Assembly (NCBI GenBank): GCA_977020255.1
Contig: CDROCS010003176.1
Span: 1 to 64,000, forward strand
DNA from: Obrimoposthia wandeli
Taxonomy: Eukaryota
Length of the DNA stretch: 64,000 nucleotides
Direction: 5' to 3'
Below, piece after piece: positions 59,156-64,000 of this stretch; positions within the stretch are counted from its first letter, which is position 1; each line of letters opens with the position of its first letter. The notes under the pieces are model-generated. The model worked only from the letters and a program-made list of their open reading frames with translations, was not told the DNA's origin and made no database searches. A program made the position numbers and the translations under genes.

Positions 59156-59507
59156 CGTTATAGCGTTCCTTATTGTTTAAAAATAGATAAATGCCAATCA
59201 GTGACACAAAGTACATCAAGCAGTAATACAAGTTTGAGCCAACTTCGCTCATCACTAAATAATGTTCATACTCTTATATTTAGACAAAAAAACACCATTC
59301 ATACAATTTAACGTCTCTATTTTTAATTATTAATTATCACAACTAATGTTTACTAAACATCTCAACCGGAGCAAAAACACACTTAAGATAATGATTATAA
59401 TCAATAAAAACATCAAATTTCATTTCTTAACATGCCTTTATTTTGACGCTTAGATAAAATGCCTAATTTGGTATTTTATCTATTACTCCCACAAGACAGT
59501 GCTCTTA

Positions 59508-59759
59508 TTATTTCTGATTTTTACGAAAATAAACCCATTGCTCGACAGTTGTTCCATCAGATAACTGGCAATACCCTACGCTATTACCTTCTGTATCTTT
59601 TCCCATCACAAGCTTACCTCCCTGCTCTGTACAGAAAACAGAAGCAGGATTAGCCATACCAATAGGCTTTACTGGCTCTGGTTCTTTTGTTGAACACGCC
59701 GATAAAAATGATGCCGCTGTCACTACACCCAATAATACCGCCATTTTCTTTGAAATCAT
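59508..59759 (-). CDS. DUF333 lipoprotein (putative hemolysin/HslJ-associated family)
   Basis: Lipobox LSAC; IGMANPASVFC..QGG..GYC; GGAG RBS before ATG 59759. Confidence 0.85.
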   Translation of the reverse strand: MISKKMAVLLGVVTAASFLSACSTKEPEPVKPIGMANPASVFCTEQGGKLVMGKDTEGNSVGYCQLSDGTTVEQWVYFRKNQK

Positions 59760-59901
59760 TTTATTCTCCATATAACAAAATAGACGTGATCGACAACGGC
59801 CGATTTCTCAAATGGAAATATACACCTTTATATTTTTCACTTCTGGAAACTTATTGTTCACGCTACATTCATATCCATACAGTTTAAATGGATATATTGT
59901 G

Positions 59902-61464
59902 ATGACCTTACAAGACAAGCTTAGACGCATAATTACAGATAACACGCTGACAGTTAAACAAAAGTCGACCTACCTCTCATTAGAAGCAGAGGCTAGCCTG
60001 GACTATGTTCCCGTTACAGAAGGCGTAAACACCGCGATGAAAGCAGGTATTATCTGTGACATGTTTGAAGGACATGCTCCCTTTAAACCGCGCTATGTCT
60101 TACCTGATTACGCTAAGTTTCTTCAAAATGGCTCGGTATATTTAGAATTGCCTCCAGTTGTCGATTTTGATGATGCATTAAATGCGCTGACAATTATTTA
60201 CCACCATGTTCCTTCTGTAACGAATATTCCAGTGTATTTAGGATCTCTAGACGATATTTTGATCGATTATGTACAAGATTTGACACACGATGAAATTTAC
60301 AGGAAATTGAAACGATTTTGGATCATGCTTGATCGCACATTGCCCGATGCATTCATGCACGTGAATATTGGTCCTACTGATAACATTATCTGTCGAACCA
60401 TTTTAAAAATTGATGCAGAACTGAAACAAATTGCACCGAACCTTACCTTTATGTATGACCCTGAAATAACACCAGATGATTTACTGCGCGTAGCAACAAC
60501 CAATATATGTGAATGCAGCAAGCCACACATTGCTAACTACCCTGTTCATGCAAAAGCTTATGATGAAAAAGGCTTTGGAATTGTAAGTTGTTATAACTCA
60601 TTACCTTTAGCAGGTGGTGCCAATACATTGGTACGAATGAACTTAAAAGAAGCCGCGCAACAAGCACAAAACAGTTCATTATTCTTAGCCGAAACCTTGC
60701 CACATTATTGCCAAGTCATGTATGAACTCATTGAAGCGCGCACTCAGTTTTTGCATGAAGAATCACATTTCTTTGACAGTTTCTTGGTGAAAGAAGGATT
60801 AATTGAAGAAAGTCGCTTTGCCCCTATGTTTGGTATCTACGGTATGGCAGAAGCGGTTAACATTTTAATCGAAAAAGATTCGCAAGAAAAAAGCCTATAT
60901 GGTCATGATGAAACAGCGAATCAATTAGGTCATCAGATCTCAGCCACACTTGATCGTATTGTTAAATCGACACCCGTTAAATATGGCTATAACAACCGCG
61001 CCCTATTGCATGCCCAAGGTGGCATTAGCCTTGATAAAGACGTAACACCTGGCGTGCGTATTCCTTATGGCACTGAACCCGATCCTGTTACGCATATCAA
61101 AGCGTTGGCGGCGCATCACCAATATTACACATCGGGTATCAGTGAAATTCTGACAATTGATGAAACTGTAAAAGACAATCCTGAGGCAATGTACCAACTG
61201 TGTAAGGGCGCGTTAAATCTTGGATTTCGTGAATTTACGGCCAATGTAGCTTCTAACGACCTAGTACGTGTGACGGGCTATATGATCAAGTTATCCGATG
61301 TTGCGGTATTTAAAGAAAAAGGCTCTCGCACCAATACTACCTGGCTAGGCGCAGAGGCATCTGAAAACACAGGGATCTTGAACCGAAAACCGCGGGTCGC
61401 CTGTCATGAGCAATCGCCAGTTTATACAGAGTCCAAGTATGCAGAATCAATGTATACAGAATAA
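59902..61464 (+). CDS. yjjI: YjjI family glycyl radical enzyme
   Basis: DMFEGHAPFKPRYVLPDY, IVSCYNSLP, glycyl loop DLVRVTGY; start moved to 59902. Confidence 0.9.
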   Translation: MTLQDKLRRIITDNTLTVKQKSTYLSLEAEASLDYVPVTEGVNTAMKAGIICDMFEGHAPFKPRYVLPDYAKFLQNGSVYLELPPVVDFDDALNALTIIYHHVPSVTNIPVYLGSLDDILIDYVQDLTHDEIYRKLKRFWIMLDRTLPDAFMHVNIGPTDNIICRTILKIDAELKQIAPNLTFMYDPEITPDDLLRVATTNICECSKPHIANYPVHAKAYDEKGFGIVSCYNSLPLAGGANTLVRMNLKEAAQQAQNSSLFLAETLPHYCQVMYELIEARTQFLHEESHFFDSFLVKEGLIEESRFAPMFGIYGMAEAVNILIEKDSQEKSLYGHDETANQLGHQISATLDRIVKSTPVKYGYNNRALLHAQGGISLDKDVTPGVRIPYGTEPDPVTHIKALAAHHQYYTSGISEILTIDETVKDNPEAMYQLCKGALNLGFREFTANVASNDLVRVTGYMIKLSDVAVFKEKGSRTNTTWLGAEASENTGILNRKPRVACHEQSPVYTESKYAESMYTE

Positions 61465-61536
61465 GAAAAAGCACGCTAAATAAACTCAACACCCAACTTC
61501 AATAAAGCAACACACCTAATAAGCGACATATTCGAC

Positions 61537-62493
61537 ATGAGTGAAAGACAGAAAACGGTTCAATCGCATAACCAACACATGCTAAATGGTGAAGATTCGA
61601 TAACTGTAGCTTCCACAGCTACACGTTTAAATGCGCGAACAGCGACAGTCAGTAAAATTCTGAATTTCTCTTGTGTCGATGGCCCCGGTAACAGGCTGGT
61701 GATTTTCTTGCAGGGGTGTAACTACCACTGTAAAAATTGCCATAATCCACAGACTATCGATATGTGTAATCACTGCGGTGATTGTGTCGAAACTTGTCCG
61801 ACGAATGCACTTTCGTTTATTTCTAGCAAAGTCATTTGGGATGCGTCGTTGTGCTCCCATTGTGATAATTGCTTAGCTACATGCCCAAAGCAATCTAGCC
61901 CGAAAACACAACAATATACTGTTAAAGAAATGCTGGATATTATACGTGACAACCTCTTTTTTATATCAGGTATTACTGTTACTGGTGGGGAAGCAACACT
62001 GCAATTGCGTTTTATTCAGGAATTATTTAGTGCCATTAAATCATCGTCCGATTTACAGCACTTAACCTGCATGATTGATAGTAATGGAAGTTTACGCACC
62101 ACAAGCTGGGCTAAGCTGCTTCCTTTTACAGACTGCGTAATGATTGATTTAAAAGCATGGCAAGAAGAAACCCATTTATGGCTAACTGGGCGGCAACATC
62201 ATCGTGTTTTTCAAAGTATTGATCTATTAGCACAACACAATAAGTTGTACGAAGTACGGTTGTTACATATACCAGGAAAAACAGATTTTGATACGGAAAT
62301 TGATGAACTTTCGCGTTATTTAACGCAATTACCTAAAGACACACGCATTAAGCTTAATGCGTTTCAGCATCACGGCGTAACAGGTGAAGCATTAACATGG
62401 GAAACGTGCCAAGAAAGTGATATTACCCATCTAGCGAATCAGCTTGCAGAGCGTGATGTAACAAATATTGTAATGCCATCTGTATATCTATAA
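61537..62493 (+). CDS. yjjW: YjjW glycyl-radical activating enzyme (radical SAM)
   Basis: VDGPGNR..QGCNYHCKNCHNP, two ferredoxin CxxCxxCxxxCP motifs, TVTGGEAT. Confidence 0.9.
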   Translation: MSERQKTVQSHNQHMLNGEDSITVASTATRLNARTATVSKILNFSCVDGPGNRLVIFLQGCNYHCKNCHNPQTIDMCNHCGDCVETCPTNALSFISSKVIWDASLCSHCDNCLATCPKQSSPKTQQYTVKEMLDIIRDNLFFISGITVTGGEATLQLRFIQELFSAIKSSSDLQHLTCMIDSNGSLRTTSWAKLLPFTDCVMIDLKAWQEETHLWLTGRQHHRVFQSIDLLAQHNKLYEVRLLHIPGKTDFDTEIDELSRYLTQLPKDTRIKLNAFQHHGVTGEALTWETCQESDITHLANQLAERDVTNIVMPSVYL

Positions 62494-62552
62494 AGCGACT
62501 GATATAACCCATTACACTTCGCTATTTGCAGATACAAAGCAGCTACAAACAT

Positions 62553-62615
62553 ATACCAACCTATCTAGGTCAGTAGTTTTAACCAGCAAGATAAAATCCT
62601 TATTTAGGATGGTAT
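62553..62615. mobile_element. MITE-like element family 2, short copy (63 bp)
   Basis: TIRs ATACCAACCTA / TAGGATGGTAT; the reverse strand shares TCTTGCTGGTTAAAAC exactly with 47501-47516. Confidence 0.75.
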
Positions 62616-63544
62616 TAGATGTCTATATCTTTGCAGCACGCTTTTATTTGTTCATACATCCAACGGTGAGCCGGATCATTCATACTGGGTTGATGCCACA
62701 CCAAGCTATAAGCCACATCACCGTAATTGAACGGTAAAGGCTTGCCTTTCAAACCTTTAGCTTGAAAGGCAATGTTTGCCCAACGACGAGAACAGGTAAA
62801 CAGTAAATCACTATGATGGCACATCAATGCCGCGCTACCAAAATCAGACACGGTTACTGTGATTTTTCTTTTCTTATGCTGTTGTGCTAATTGCATTTCA
62901 AAGAAAGGGACATTTAAATCAGTATCCATAATACCGATGTGCCCATAACTTAGGTAGTTATCGATACTCAATGTTTGATCAGCTAAAGGGTGCGATGGAT
63001 TCATCAAACACACCATGTCGTCATCGATCAAGGTTTCCCAAATAAGGTTATTTTGAGTACTCGGTGGCTGGCTTCTATCATGCGGTAATATCACAAAATC
63101 AAGCTTACCTTTGGCTAGCGCATCAAAACCCAAGCTATCTTTTGACCAGATATCTAAACGAATATTAGGGGCTAGGTTTAATACATTAGCACTTAACTTC
63201 GCTGCTAATAACTCAAAAGTACTTTCACGCATCGCTAACGAAAAACCACCCTCATAACGCGAAGGGTCGAAAGCCTCTTGCGTCATAATTTGGTTCATGT
63301 CGTTAATCATCTGATGAACACTTGGACCAAGTCTTCGTGCCAGTGGGGTTGCAACAAGCTTATTACCATGTCGGTAAAACAGCTCATCATTCAAAGAATC
63401 ACGCAACTGGCTTAATGTTTTACTGACAGATGAAGGGCTAACACATAGACGCTCTGCACTGCCCGTTACACTCAATGTGTCTAACATGACATGCAGAGTA
63501 ATCAAATGTTTCATGCTAATTCGAGAAAGCTTTATAAGATCCAT
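62615..63544 (-). CDS. LysR family transcriptional regulator (LeuO/NodD-like)
   Basis: SVTGSAERLCVSPSSVSKTLSQLRDSLNDELF HTH; W HQPSMNDPAHRWM C-terminus. Confidence 0.9.
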   Translation of the reverse strand: MDLIKLSRISMKHLITLHVMLDTLSVTGSAERLCVSPSSVSKTLSQLRDSLNDELFYRHGNKLVATPLARRLGPSVHQMINDMNQIMTQEAFDPSRYEGGFSLAMRESTFELLAAKLSANVLNLAPNIRLDIWSKDSLGFDALAKGKLDFVILPHDRSQPPSTQNNLIWETLIDDDMVCLMNPSHPLADQTLSIDNYLSYGHIGIMDTDLNVPFFEMQLAQQHKKRKITVTVSDFGSAALMCHHSDLLFTCSRRWANIAFQAKGLKGKPLPFNYGDVAYSLVWHQPSMNDPAHRWMYEQIKACCKDIDI

Positions 63545-63608
63545 ATCGCTCTATTCATAACCCATTCAATTTAAAGCTTCAACTTACCGTTCAGAACACT
63601 TTACGGAC

Positions 63609-63635
63609 AAAAAAGCCGCGAAAAAATCGCGGCTT
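63609..63635 (-). terminator. folE terminator
   Basis: A6-GCCGCGA-aaaaa-TCGCGGC. Confidence 0.85.
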
Positions 63636-63653
63636 CCGATAAATTATTTTTGC

Positions 63654-64000
63654 TTAGCGAATACCGTGGAAAAACTCAGCACGCGTTGCAGGAATCCTCT
63701 TAAAGATACCGCCAAGTGCAGTCGTCGTCGTTTCACTGGTTGCATCCATCACACCACGTGCTTTCACGCAGTAGTGGGTCGCATCAATCGTTACGGCTAC
63801 ATCATCACTTTCAAGCAATGTTTGTAGCGCAACTAAAATTTGCTGTGTCATTCGCTCTTGCACCTGAGGGCGCTGAGCAAAGAAACGAACGATGCGATTA
63901 ATCTTTGATAGGCCAATGATTTTACCACGCGGAATATACGCAACCGTCGCTTTTCCATCAATCGTGACAAGGTGATGCTCGCAAGTACTGGTTAGCGTAA
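63654..64000 (-). CDS. folE: GTP cyclohydrolase I, 3' part (runs off the window edge)
   Basis: Reverse strand translates [39 protein letters not shown]. Confidence 0.95.
   Translation of the reverse strand, partial: TLTSTCEHHLVTIDGKATVAYIPRGKIIGLSKINRIVRFFAQRPQVQERMTQQILVALQTLLESDDVAVTIDATHYCVKARGVMDATSETTTTALGGIFKRIPATRAEFFHGIR

Noticed and set aside
244-62000. Many 60-165 aa ORFs in the track that overlap larger genes (e.g. 244-459, 2296-2637, 3468-3809, 5043-5489, 12696-13172, 22902-23396, 28484-28846)
   Set aside because: Antisense or alternate-frame shadows of well-supported genes, with no RBS or recognisable motif
1-64000. CRISPR array, tRNA/rRNA, integrase, intact transposase or prophage genes
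   Set aside because: No repeat-spacer periodicity, cloverleaf, or recombinase/DDE motif seen; the dispersed repeats are non-periodic MITE-like ends

Overview
Chromosomal segment of about 64 kb, AT-rich and largely housekeeping/metabolic, from a Vibrionaceae-type gammaproteobacterium. Photobacterium-like is an inference from gene content and repeat style. Left to right it carries: sulA behind tandem LexA boxes; an APC antiporter; the fruBKA operon with divergent cra and three Cra operators; cytochrome b561; a translationally coupled pair of uncharacterised membrane GTPases; a six-gene FUSC/OMF/DUF1656/MFP/K+-channel/AI-2E operon; an M20 amidohydrolase; an AttEFH-like ABC/lipocalin cassette; MATE, YbjT-like, BCCT and DUF2913 genes; the bcr-rsuA-radD-rplY block interrupted by GNAT+acr3 and by a MauG-like diheme protein+heme receptor; a GH18 chitinase; polB; a nucleotidyltransferase; a POT transporter; trmY; an unknown lipoprotein; a yybP-ykoY riboswitch with alx; an MCP; ldtD; yjjI/yjjW; a LysR regulator; and the 3' part of folE. 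I found no tRNA, rRNA, CRISPR array, integrase or intact transposase. Two families of short TA-flanked MITE-like repeats are scattered through the intergenic regions. The best leads are the GTPase pair, a MITE-junction extended -10 promoter facing polB, three phased AATCGT-N6-ACGATT operators before an acr3 with no adjacent arsR, a candidate sRNA of about 87 nt at 53314-53400, and the orphan MauG/BthA-like diheme enzyme. All product calls come from motif recognition by eye, with no database searches. Several start codons were moved from the ORF track to the start that has an RBS.
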